Source: Peribolospora baueri
Taxonomy: Eukaryota
DNA length: 64,000 bases
Assembly (NCBI GenBank): GCA_029717555.1
Contig: JAMDHS010000086.1
Coordinates: forward strand, 1-64,000
Direction: 5' to 3'
The position numbers were made by a program, and so were the translations under genes. Shown piece by piece: positions 25,601 to 36,500 of this stretch (the first letter of the stretch is position 1; the number at the start of each line of letters is the position of its first letter). The notes under the pieces are model-generated. The model worked only from the letters and a program-made list of their open reading frames with translations. It ran no database searches and was not told the origin of the DNA.

Positions 25601-28600
25601 GCCGGCCATGGTCCGCTGAGCCGAGTAGTGCGCTTCGACGGCTGTTGCTTGTTGAGCCGACGACGGGTAGCGCGGCTCGACCACCTTTTGAGCAGGTTCA
25701 TCGGCACCGGCACCGGCCGGGGAGGGTCCATGCAACAGCTGGTTCCTGATGGGCGCCATCGACGTCGACCCTGCGGGTCGCCCCCCGCGACCGGAAGACG
25801 GGGACGAGGACGAGGACGGAGGCGGGGACGATGACGGGGACGGCGCCTGTTTCTGAAGCTGGACGGACGGCTGGTTCTGAGGACCCGCTCTGACGGGCGG
25901 CGTCTGCGGAACGGCGGTGGTGGCCGTCGCGGCGGCAGTCCTAGGAGACGAAGGGCGGTGAGCGCGCTCGGGCGACGACGACTGCTGCGGGGGGGCGCGC
26001 TGAGGCGACGGGACGGAGGAGGGAGGAGGTCGGGGGAAGGAAGGGGCGGCAGCTGCTGCGCCTTCGGAGGCGTCGCCGTCCTCTTTGCCGCCGGAAGGCG
26101 CGCTGAGAGGAGTCGCGGTGTCGGCGTGGGATGGATGGTGAGCATCCGAGCCGGGTCCGACGGTCGACGTGGGCGACGCGTCTGTGTGATCTGCCTTGCG
26201 CTCAGGCTGAACAGGAGGCGAGGGTTGAGAATCGTCCTGTACAGACACGGCGAACGTGCTCTCTCTCTCCCCCTTTTTCGTCGTCGTCGTCGTCGCCGAC
26301 GGATCGACGGGCGGCCGAGGGAACTTGAACTCGGCCATGCCGCGGTCAGGGTGGTGGTGGAATCGGGAAGAGGAGGACGGGGAGGAAGCGCCGGACGAGT
26401 CTTCCGAAGAAGCGCCGGCGTCGACGACGCGGCCCTTCGGCGTGAAGGCGTTGGGGGGCGTACCGAGGGGGGTGTTGGAGGAGGAGGAGGAGGAAGAGGC
26501 GACAGCCTGTATGGACTTTGGCGGCGACTTACGCCCCTCAAGGCTAACCTTGACCTTATTCGGGCTTGGCGGAACAGGCGGCAGCATCTCCCCTGCGGCC
26601 AAGGCAGCGACAGCGGTGGCGGAGAGGGCGGGAATAAAAGCCGAGTGGCGTTTGGACGACCTCGGAGTGCTGCCTTCGCTCGGCGGGGTCTTGTCGTCTT
26701 CCTCGCGCTTTGCCGATGATGATGATGACGACGACGACGACGACGACGCCAGCGGCGGTACCGGCGGCGGCACCGGCGGTAAAGGATCGCTGGGCGTAGA
26801 CTTGGTAGGGCTAAGGGCATTGACGACGGCGGCCGGGGAGGGAAAGGCCGAGTACCTCTTGGAGCGCCTCTCAGCGAGGCCAGAAGAGGCGCCACGCTGC
26901 TGGTGTTGTTGCTCTCGCTTCGATGCGGTGGCGGCCAACTCGGAGAAGGGACGGGGACCGTCCGCGGAGGCGCCGATTCTGCTCAGGTCGTCCGCGCTTC
27001 CGTACAGCGTGGAGCGGGGCGAGCTGCCGGCGAGGGTATCGACGGAGACGGAGGACATCATGGACAACTCGTCGGTGCTGCCGCCGTACTTGTAGTTGTC
27101 GAGGAGCGAGAAGGCGTCTTCGGTGTCGTATGCCGAGCTCTCCTCGATGTCGTCGCCCACGACGGAGCGTCGGAAGCGTTGGTTCTGGTTCTGGCTCTGG
27201 TGCTGGTGACGGGCGCCGACGGCGATATTGGTGTACGAGTTGGAGCTACTCACGGTGGAGATCGAATTGGACGATGCGGAACGGGCGCGACCGACGGCGG
27301 GGCGGTGTCGCGCTTGCGGGTCCGCCCGAAGCATGTCGCGATCCTCTTCAGGCGAGGCGACGCGCACGGGCGCGGGCCGGGGCGCCGTCGTGGTCGTGAT
27401 CGGCTTGCTCGACGCACGGGCATAGGCGCTGCCCTCGATGGTCGCCTCCTCCGAGGAAGAGTGAGGCGAGGGGGGCAAGACGATCGAGACGCGATCGTTG
27501 TCGTTGTCGTTGTCGTCGTCGTTGTCGTCAAATTTCGGCGAAACGGCAGAAGACAAAGAGTCTACCGTGGCGGTGCGGTCGTCGGCAGGATCGCCGCCGG
27601 ACAGGTAAGTGAGCGCCGAGGGCTGCTGGTCCCCGTCGCGAGCGGCTCCTACTCCTGCTCCTGTTCCGACTCCAGCTCCCGCTCCCGCTCCAACTTTGGA
27701 AGAGGTGAGCACCGTCTTGCTCACCGTTTCGTCCGATAGCGGAGGCGTTGTGAGACCGAGGTCGAGGCCGAGGCCAAAGGGGCCGTCGGCCTCGCTGTCG
27801 GTGCTGCTGCCGCTAAACGCCGGCGAAGCGGTTCGGGAGCCCTGAGAGCTGGGCGACGGCGAGAGGTGTGGTGCAGCGGTAGACTGGGGCGTGGAGCGGG
27901 AGGTGAGGAGCGCCTGAGCGGCGGAGACGGGGGGAGCAGGAGCAGGAGCAGGAGCGACGGCAGGCGAGACAGAACGAGAGGAAGCAGAGAGAGGGGTTGG
28001 GGAGGCCTCTCTGGAGGCGAGGGAAGGGAGCGGCGAGCGGCGCGAAGGAGGAGAGAGCGTGGCATGAGCTTGATGATATCGGGCGTGTAGGGGCGAGGAT
28101 GCGTTAGAGCGCGGCAGACGAGCGGCTGGGTCGAGCTGTTGAGTGTGAATCTTGGGCAGGATGGGGGACTGCGTGGCAGAAAGAAAAGTCTCGCTGGTCG
28201 CCGTCGCGGGACTGGGAGGGACGGAGGTGAGGGCGCTCTCGCCGTCCGAGTGGGACACCGCAGAGCCGACGTGACGGTCACGCGAGCCGGGCCGGCTGGG
28301 CGAAGGCGTGGCTCGTCTGCTGGAGAGGCTGGGCGAAGGGGTGGCTCGTCTACTGGAAAGGTTGGATGAGGAGGTGGGCGGCCAATGACCTCTATCGTCG
28401 TCGAGGTGGAGGTTGCCCATGTGCTCCGGCAGGTGTCTAGGAGACTTGTTGAGCCTGAGCGGTGGAACGGGCACGAACGAGGTGGGTCGACTTGAGACGG
28501 GGGGGTCGAAGGAAGAATCATCGGGGTGTCCTTGGACGATCTCGAACCCGTCGTCCTTCCAATCATCGCCGACGAGTTCGGATCCGGATGCAGAGCGCTC

Positions 28601-29404
28601 GCTGAGCGGCGGCCCGTTGGGCACATCGATGGCTTCCGATAACCTTGACGGGCTCTCGGTGAGCAAGACGGCGGCGTCGGCATGGGCGGGAGCGGGTGCG
28701 ATGTCTAGAGTAGCGGCTGTGCCGAGCAGCTGGGTGAGCGTATCTGCCGTCCTGGTGGTGCTGGCGCGGGGAGAGTAGGCGCCGGTGCTGGCGCGGGGAG
28801 AGTGGGCGCCACTGCTGCTGCTGCCCGGTCTGGGGATGGCGTTGATGGTGTGGACACTGGTAGTGGACCGACGGGGCTGGATGGAGGGCCTCTTGAGCTT
28901 TGCGTGAAAGCGGACGTGAGAGCCTTTGAAGCGGCCGACGACGCCTTCGCAGTAGCCCAAGTACCATCCGTCGTCGGTGTCAGCGGCCCTATCCTTGCCC
29001 TTGCCGTTGCCGTTGACCTTGTCCTTGTCCTTGCCCTTGTCCTTGTCGGCGTCGGTGTCGGCTGGACCGGGCTCGTGGTAGAGGACGATGATGGTCTCGC
29101 CGCTCATGAACATGAGGTCGTCGGGCATGGTGGCGGGGGTGTCGACGAGAGCGGTGGCCATGCCGATGCCGCGCTTGGTGAGTGCGAAGCGGGTCCATGC
29201 TTGGATGGAGTGGTCGTCGAGGTTGTACGCCGACGGAGGGGACATGTTGGCGGGCGGGGAGGGAGCGGCTTCGGCTTGGGCGAGGCCAATGTCGTGGATG
29301 AGGCGTGCGATGCGGTCAGAGTCGGTTGCGGCGGTGACGACGACTATGGACTTGAGCGACGGGGCAGGGCGGTCAGGGTTGGAAGCGGAGAGGCGGGCGG
29401 GCAT
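22611..29404 (-). CDS. Rab-GAP TBC-domain protein with N-terminal SH3-like domain and very long disordered middle region
   Basis: SH3-like ATALVD..DDLMFMSGETIIVL..GWYLGYCEGVVGRF; TBC VRSGVPHSVRGRVW, IDKDVDR|CYP (Arg finger), VGYTQG (Gln finger), EDAFW. Start may be 29404 or 29458. Confidence 0.85.
24881..24910 (-). repeat. (AAC)10 coding microsatellite giving poly-Asn in the TBC protein
   Basis: (GTT)10 on the + strand; N10 in ORF 24053..29458. Confidence 0.9.
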
Positions 29405-30726
29405 GGCGAGGGGCGGAGGGAAGGTGGGAGCATGGAGGAAGGGAGTGTGGGTTAGCATGAAAAGTGGATTATGCGACGAGGGTCATCCAGGAGGAAGAGG
29501 AGGACGACGACGACGACGACAAAAACGAAGACAAAGGAATCGGAAGGAAAGTGGTGGGCCGGCGGCTCGCTCATCTCATCGGCTCAACGTGGACGGTATT
29601 TAAACCTGGTCCGGTATCGCATGACGAACGAACGAACGAACGAGGGAGGGAAGGAAGCTCGCTCACCTGGGGACGACGAAGACGTGAAAGAAAAGCTAAA
29701 AGGGAGAAAATTAGGGTGGGTGGAGGAGATGTAGAGAGAGATGCGGACGTGGTCGAGGTGCAGTTTGCAGCAAGGTGGGAGGAAAGGATAGGATGGGAAG
29801 CCGCTTAGACCGACCGCCTTTCTTTCCTCCCACTTTTGTTAAGGAGACGAGGAACGAGGAAGCGACGAAGAGGACGGTGGGAAATCAAGATTGCACGCGC
29901 ACTCACTCACCTCTTCCTCGGGTTCCTCTTTCTGCTCCTTATGCGTCTCCTTCTCCTTGCTTTCTCGCCCCGGACGACGACGACGGACGACTACAGGGAA
30001 GGAAGGAGTAGGAGGAGGGCGTGTGTCGATCGACCGACGGCAGGGCAAGCAGAGCAGGGCAGCGGGGTCGGGGGGAGAGGGAGGTGAGAGGGGCGAAGGA
30101 GGAAGGAGGAGGAAGGAAGGAGGAAGGAAGACGGAAGGAGGGAAGGAGAGAGGCGAGGAGGGAAGGACGGAGTGGGGAAAGGGGACGGCAAGGCAGCTAG
30201 CTAGCTAGGCAACAGCGACGTTGCGTGCGTGTGTTGGTCGACGATACGAGCGAAGGAAGGAAGCGAAAAGGACTCGTTCGTTCGTTTGTTCGTTGTTCGT
30301 TCTGTCAAGTCGAGTCGAGTCGCCGGGGAAAAGAAAGAAAGAAAAAAAAAAAAAGAAAAAAAAAAAAAGAAGATCGGTGGTATCGGAAAGCGGACGGAGG
30401 GACCAACGAAGACTAGCTAGCGGAGTCGAGCAGGCAAGCAGGCAGGCGACCGAACGACGTCCCGTCCTCCTCCCTCCCTCCCTCCCTCCCTCCCGTATAG
30501 CCGTCCTGTCCTGTCCTTGTCCTCCCGTCGTCCGTCCGTCCGCACCGAGCAACGAACGGATCGACGGACGGACGGCGATCCGACAGACGACAGACAGCCG
30601 AGCTGAGCCGAGCCGGTCCGAGAGCGAGCGAGGTGACCGACCGGGGCGGGTGGAGGTCGCCTAGGCTGGCGAGGCTGCAGATAGTTAAGCAGCTACGTAT
30701 ATGAATCTTCACCCGCTCCCGTCACG

Positions 30727-30785
30727 ACAGACAGCAGACAGCAGACAGCAGACAGATAGACAGACAGATGGACAGATGGACAGAC
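30727..30785. repeat. GACA/GACAGCA/GACAGATG degenerate tandem repeat
   Basis: Seen directly. Confidence 0.8.
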
Positions 30786-31775
30786 ACCAGGACCTGCACA
30801 GCCGCCGCGCGTTCGTTCATCGTCGAGCGAGGCGGCGGTGTCGGAAGGAGTAAGGGATGAGAAGCAAGCTGGGAAGCTGGGTGGGCGGGAACTAACGTGG
30901 AAGGAAAAGGGAATGGCGCGGAAGGGGGTTAGGTCGTCGGCGGCGGCGGTGAACAGAGGAGCGTCGTGACGCGTGGAGGCAGTCGACAGGCGGCCGAGTC
31001 GCCGCTATTATACAGCAACAACGGCGAGTAAGTTCCTGGCCTACGCCACGTCAGACACACTCGACGGCGGCGGCGACGGCGAGCAAGCAAGCAAGGCGTT
31101 CTTTCTTCCTTCCTCGCCCCTGCTCCCCTCCCGCCGCCCTTTTACGCGTGACGCAGCTCTCCATGAGCCAGCGCGTACGTAGCGCATCGCATCGAATCAA
31201 TGAAGGGCGTGCGTGCGTGCACGGGGGCGCATAGCCTCGCCGCAAGGAAGAGAAGCAAAGCAGAACACAACAGAACAGAATATAACAGAGTAAGGACAGG
31301 ATAGCATTCCATGTCCTTAGTGGATTCCTCGACCGATGATGATTCCGTCTCCAGCCGGATTCCAATTCCACGGCAAGCCGATTTCAGTTCCTGGATCGAG
31401 AAGCAAGCGCGGACGAGGAATGAAACGAGGCCCGGCCAGGCAGCCAGCCAGCCAGTCGTAGTAATCGCAGTGCCCACTGCCAGCCGCAGTCGCTTATATC
31501 CGACAAACGCCGCGCCGCTCCTTTCTTTACCCCGGCTCGGCACGCAAGGGCTCGCTACGGGTGCCCATCGTCCTCCGTACTCCGCCGTTCCTTTTCTACC
31601 TCCCTCGCCCCCCCGTTTCGCCTCCGCACCCGCAACGATGCCAGCCGTCCTCTGCGGGCCAGCGAGGCGAGGCGAGGCGAGGCGAGGCGACGTGCACCGA
31701 CGGCAGGCGCTCCTTGTCGCCGCCCGCGCCGTCACACATATGCATACGGAGCAGGCCAGTTCCATCAGCACATCA

Positions 31776-31840
31776 TGTATGTACGTATGTATCTGTGCAT
31801 GTACGTATGTATGTATGTGTGTATGCGTGTATGTCTGTGT
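31776..31840. repeat. (GTAT/GT)n degenerate microsatellite
   Basis: Seen directly. Confidence 0.8.
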
Positions 31841-32451
31841 GCTCGGACGGCCAAGCTGGCTGGCTGGCGGGGCAGAGACGCACGCACCTAATCCATCTGA
31901 AAGCGAGCAACGGCAGTCGAGTCGAGTCGCCGAGTCGCCGAGTCGCGTAGCTGACTGACCGCTGGCTGCCCTCCCTCCGCCCTGCGCCAGCGAGGCACCG
32001 GCACCCTGTGCGGGCGCCCGCATGCCCAGCATGAGAAGGGAAGCGAAGGAAGGCAAGGCAAGGCGAGGGAGAGAGCAAAGGCGAGAATGGGCTAGCCTCT
32101 TTCCCTCCGTCACATGAAAACACGCCACGCCAGGACACGACAAACTTCCTTCCCGTGCCGGTCGGCGCGGGCGCTCGACTAAACGCCTAGCCGACCCTCG
32201 GAATTTTCTCTTCCAGCCTTTTTTTTTTCTCTTTTTTTTTTTCGTCGTGTTCGTTGGGGCCGAATCACGTGGAACCAACCGATCGGCGACGCATTTTGTC
32301 GATCAGATCAGTCTAGTCTCATCAGGCGGATGAATCTGCTGCGGCAACGTGCGTGTGTATGATGGCGACGTATATGTATGCGTGCGTTCAATTCAATCAT
32401 GGGCGTTCGTTCGTTCGAGTCTTGCGCGAGGCGGGACAGAGAGTCCCGGTC

Positions 32452-32611
32452 GAGTTTGCGTCCATTCGACGTACGATATTCCTTTCGCGGATCTTGGCAT
32501 GATTATGAATCGGTCCGGTATGCACACATTGAAAATAGTGCAAATGTGCCCGATTCATAATCATGCCAAGATCCGCGAAAGGAATATCGTACGTCGAATG
32601 GACGCAAACTC
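32452..32611. repeat. Perfect 62-bp inverted repeat with 36-bp spacer (MITE-like or hairpin-RNA-like)
   Basis: Arm 32452-32513 (GAGTTTGCGTCCATTCGACG...TTATGAATCGG) is the exact reverse complement of 32550-32611. Confidence 0.95.
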
Positions 32612-32737
32612 CATACTCGGCTTGGTGAGGGCAACGTTGAGCCGTCTGTCGACAGATAACCTTCTGGATATGCAAAGGGTCGTGTCATCGGACCGGAGGC
32701 GGCGTTCCTGACAGTCCCGGATCGGAGTTCATGACAG

Positions 32738-32807
32738 CTGGACTGGACTGGGCTGGGCTGGGCTGGACTGGGCTGGGCTGGACTAGGCTGGACTGGACTG
32801 GGCTGGA
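32738..32807. repeat. (CTGGR)14 pentamer array
   Basis: 14 tandem units of CTGGA/CTGGG, one of them CTAGG. Confidence 0.95.
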
Positions 32808-33125
32808 TGGTGACCTGGACGACCTCGGTGCTGGGACGTCCTGTAAACTGGCGGGCTGCTGGAACTAGGGGCACGGCGGAAGCGGCTGGGGGATTCTCGA
32901 CGCAGGATTGGACACAATGGCTGGAGGTGAACTGGAGCTTGTCGCGCCGCCAGTCAATGAAAGGGTTGTGGCGACGCAACCAGGGGATCCCCAAAACGAT
33001 GGGATAACGGCCCAGACGGGTGACATCAAGCAGGAGGGCCTCCCGATGGGAACTAATGCGTAGCCCGGTCTCGACGTAATGGGTGACGGGTCCGGAGCTG
33101 ATCGGTCGCCCGTCGATGTCAGGGA
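32808..33125 (-). mobile_element. Ty3/gypsy LTR-retrotransposon remnant (C-terminal part of the aspartic protease)
   Basis: Minus-strand frame DIDGRPISSGPVTHYVETGLRISSHREALLLDVTRLGRYPIVLGIPWLRRHNPFIDW matches the fungal gypsy protease pattern (IDGRP..GPVTH; LG.PWL..HNP.IDW). The catalytic D[ST]GA, RT and integrase are absent. Confidence 0.8.
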
Positions 33126-33129
33126 TTGC

Positions 33130-33167
33130 TCCCTACTCAGGGTTAGGGTTAGGTATCCCTACTCAGG
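33130..33167. repeat. Short telomere-like tract between 12-bp direct repeats
   Basis: TCCCTACTCAGG-GTTAGGGTTAGGTA-TCCCTACTCAGG. Confidence 0.8.
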
Positions 33168-33599
33168 TCGTCGGGTGGCAAGGCAGGAAGAACGGAAGGG
33201 GTTGTACCAGGAGAGATAGTCACACATTGGAGGAAACAGTCGGGTCAACTGGTGCCGGCGCTGAGAGCCGGCAGGGTCAGACGACGGACGAAGACGACGA
33301 ACGAAGATGACGGACGAAGATGAAGATGAAGATGAAGATGGGGACGGAAACAAAGACGAAGACGATAAAAATACGGAGATGTGCAGGCAACGAGAAACAA
33401 GGCGAGCGGGCGAGCGGGCGGAGCGGACGGACAGGCGGGCAGGCAAGCAAGCAAGCAAGAGCGACAGAGGGGAGCCAAAGCGCACGGCGACAAAAAAAAA
33501 CGACGCCGTGGACGGACGATATAGAGCATGCAAACGGACATTCGACCAACCGAGTCACACGACATGCCACGCACCATCTCATCTCATCTTCATCTCATC

Positions 33600-36500
33600 T
33601 CATCGGATCGCACCCGCGCCGCCGATCTCGAACCCGAACAGGTCATCGAAAGCCCCGTCGAGCGGCAGCTGCAGGTCCTCCAGCGCGAACGACACCATCC
33701 CCGCGCCCGAACCCGAGCCCGAGCCCACTCCCGCTCCCGCTCCCACTCCCGCCGCGGCGGCGGACGCGGAAGCGGCCGCCGTCGCGTAATAGTCGTCCGA
33801 CATCCACGTCGGCAGAGGCAGACCGTTCTGAACGACCGCCGCCGTCGAGCTGTCGTTGTTGTTCAGAACACCCGTATTGGACGCAGGAGACCTGGACGGC
33901 GGGAACCCGAATGTGGCGTTGCCTTCCTGCTGCTGCTGCTGCTGTTGTGGATGCACGAGAGGGCCGCTCTCGTACATCTGCTGCTGCTGACGCTGCCCTT
34001 GGACAACAAACGTTGGGGGCGAGCCAAAGCCGCCGAATCCCGGGGTGAAGCCGTTGACCTGATGCGGCCGTCGCTGTGCCTCGGGCGACAGCTCGAAGCC
34101 GCCTCCCAGACCGCCCGCGCTCGTCCCGCCCAATTGCACGCCCCCGTCCCCCTCCGCCCCTTGCCCCTGCTGCTGCTGACCCTGTTCTTGCAGCAATTTG
34201 TACAACAGCCCTAGCCCAGAGTCGGACAGTCCCCCGGCACCGGCGGTCTCCATCGGTGTCGCTGTCCCCGTTCTCGCCCGACTCCCCGGCCCCAGAGCGG
34301 CCTGCAAGGCGATGGTGGGCGAAGAACGTGCAAACTTGTCCCAAGCGTGAGCCAGGTGGATCCGGATGATCCGGCTGTACTTCGTCGCCGGCACCTCGGA
34401 CAACCGGTGAGCCAGGCGCTCCGACGCGGCAAAGATGGCATGCACGTCCACTTGGCGCGGGAACAGGCGGGCCACCTTGATCAGAAAGACACATGTGAAG
34501 GCCGCCGTCGCGTGGGTATAATGAGGAGCCCACGATAGCCCCTGTTCATCGCACACGGCAACCGGTCTCGGTGAGCCCACGTTTCGCCCCCGTTTCGCAG
34601 ATCACCGGAGACCCCGACACTCACCTCGTAGTAGGGCCGACTGCTCAACACCAAATCGATGCATGTCATACCCTCGCGCACGGCCCGCATCGTCAACTCC
34701 TTCTGCACCGAGCCCATCCTAAGCGCATCCGAAGGGTCCGAGATGCCACGGAGCGCTGTGCAGACGATGAAGAAGAGGCCATAGTAGGATTGGATCCGAA
34801 GGCTGTGCTGGAAGAATGAGTCTTCACCATAGCCTCGCTCTGCGGACCAGAAGAGTCAAAGGCGAAGGTAAGCCGAGAAGAAGAAATCAAAAAGGGACAA
34901 AAAAAGCGCGCACCGCTGCACTCTTTCGTCCAATAGCTGAGCCATCCGTGCAGATCTTCTTCGATCTCGTTGGCTTGGTCCAGCATCTTCTGGTCCACCG
35001 GCGCGTCGAAAGGCTCGAGGGCGGCGTAGTGCTTGGCTGAGAAGCGAAAGGCGTCATGAGCGACGCCGCTATCGATGAAAGAACTCGTGGAACGGGAGGA
35101 AAAGTCGCCGTCAAGCGACGCAAGCTCACCTCGAATGCAAAGCAGTTCGACGGTGGAGATGAAACGAAGGTCCGTGCTGTCGCTCAGCGGGTGCTTCAGA
35201 ATTTCTCGACAGCCACGCACGTTGCTTTCCCTAAGCATCGGCGTGCGACCGACACCGAAGCCGATCTGCGGTGGGCGGAAGCGAGAACGAGGGTGTAGGC
35301 GAGGGAGGACATGAAAAAAAATTTCAGACACGAATCTCAATGGACCCAGTTCGAGAATGACCGAGGCGCCAGACCTGGGAGAAAGAATCGTGGACATAAA
35401 ACTCGGGTTTAATCGAAACGATGGCCCCAAGCTCGACTGACCTGCTGATCAAACAGAAACAGCGTGCACCAAATCCTCGCGCTCGCTAGCAGCGCCTTCT
35501 CCTCCTCGAGTCCGTAGCCGGGATGGTTGGGCGCGGAGACGCGGCGAACGAATTTCTCAAAGTCCTTGTCCATGCCCAGCTCCTGAGCCATGCGGATCGC
35601 GTGACCCAGGGGCAACCAACCGTTGTCGTTCCAAGCGGAGAGAAGGGTCCTGGACGCGTCACACGAGTCGAAGAGAAGCAGTCGAGAGTTGAGCGCAAAG
35701 CAAAGGAGGGAGATGGACATAGTGCGCCTACAAGTTGATCGGGGTCCACTCAGACACTCACATGGCACCAACGACGTCTTTATTGGCCACAGGAGCGAAG
35801 AGGGTGCGCTGAGCGATGGAGAAGGCTTCTTCCTTGCACTGGAGGAATGTCTGTGAAGGTGACCCTACGATGGATAACATCGATCGACAAAATCAGAAAG
35901 ATGCGTAAGATAGGATGAGCCTTTTCGAACCCGGCCAGCTAGTTCAACATTGGACCGCGTGCCCACCTGAACCGGACAGCGAGCGGGCAGCGATGTAGCA
36001 GATGGCATCGACGAGGAACGGCGATCTCTTCCGCACGGATTCGAACGAGTCGGTCGGCCCAAAGATCTGGATCCACGTAAGACAGCGATCTCTGAAACTA
36101 CGATGGGCGGGGCCCAGCCATGAGAGACGTTCAGGATATCAGTAATCAGCGGATCGACCGGACCGACATCGTCATTGTGCAAAAAGCGACCGGAAGAAGG
36201 GCCACTCACACCTCGAACAATTCTGCCGCCTCTCGCTCTTCGATGATACCTTTGGAGACGACGTCGGGAAATGCCTCTTCGGCAGCTCCCCGTCCCCCCG
36301 ACGCCTCGTGCTTGTTCGTCCTCCTCCTCTTCCTACTCCTCCCTCCACCTGCCATGCTCGATCCGCCACTCTGCAGAGAACTTTCGTCTTCCGTGCTCCC
36401 GTTCCCCGGGCCGGTACGATAACTGTTAGAGCCTTCCGGATGCCCGCGTAGTCCATCCAGGTCACCGCCGCCACCAGCTCCATCGGTCCTCCGAGCTTCC

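Noticed and set aside
25258..28683. Long alternative-frame and antisense ORFs (545, 320, 279 aa) overlapping the TBC gene
   Set aside because: Arg/Pro-rich with no recognisable domain; expected shadow ORFs in GC-rich coding DNA
31142..32278. 378-aa minus-strand ORF and overlapping 215-aa plus-strand ORF in the intergenic gap
   Set aside because: Made of translated microsatellites (HTHIHT, ASPRL, poly-K) with no domain motif
32452..32611. Repeat-spacer-repeat as a possible CRISPR unit
   Set aside because: The repeats are inverted, there are only two, there are no cas genes, and the context is eukaryotic
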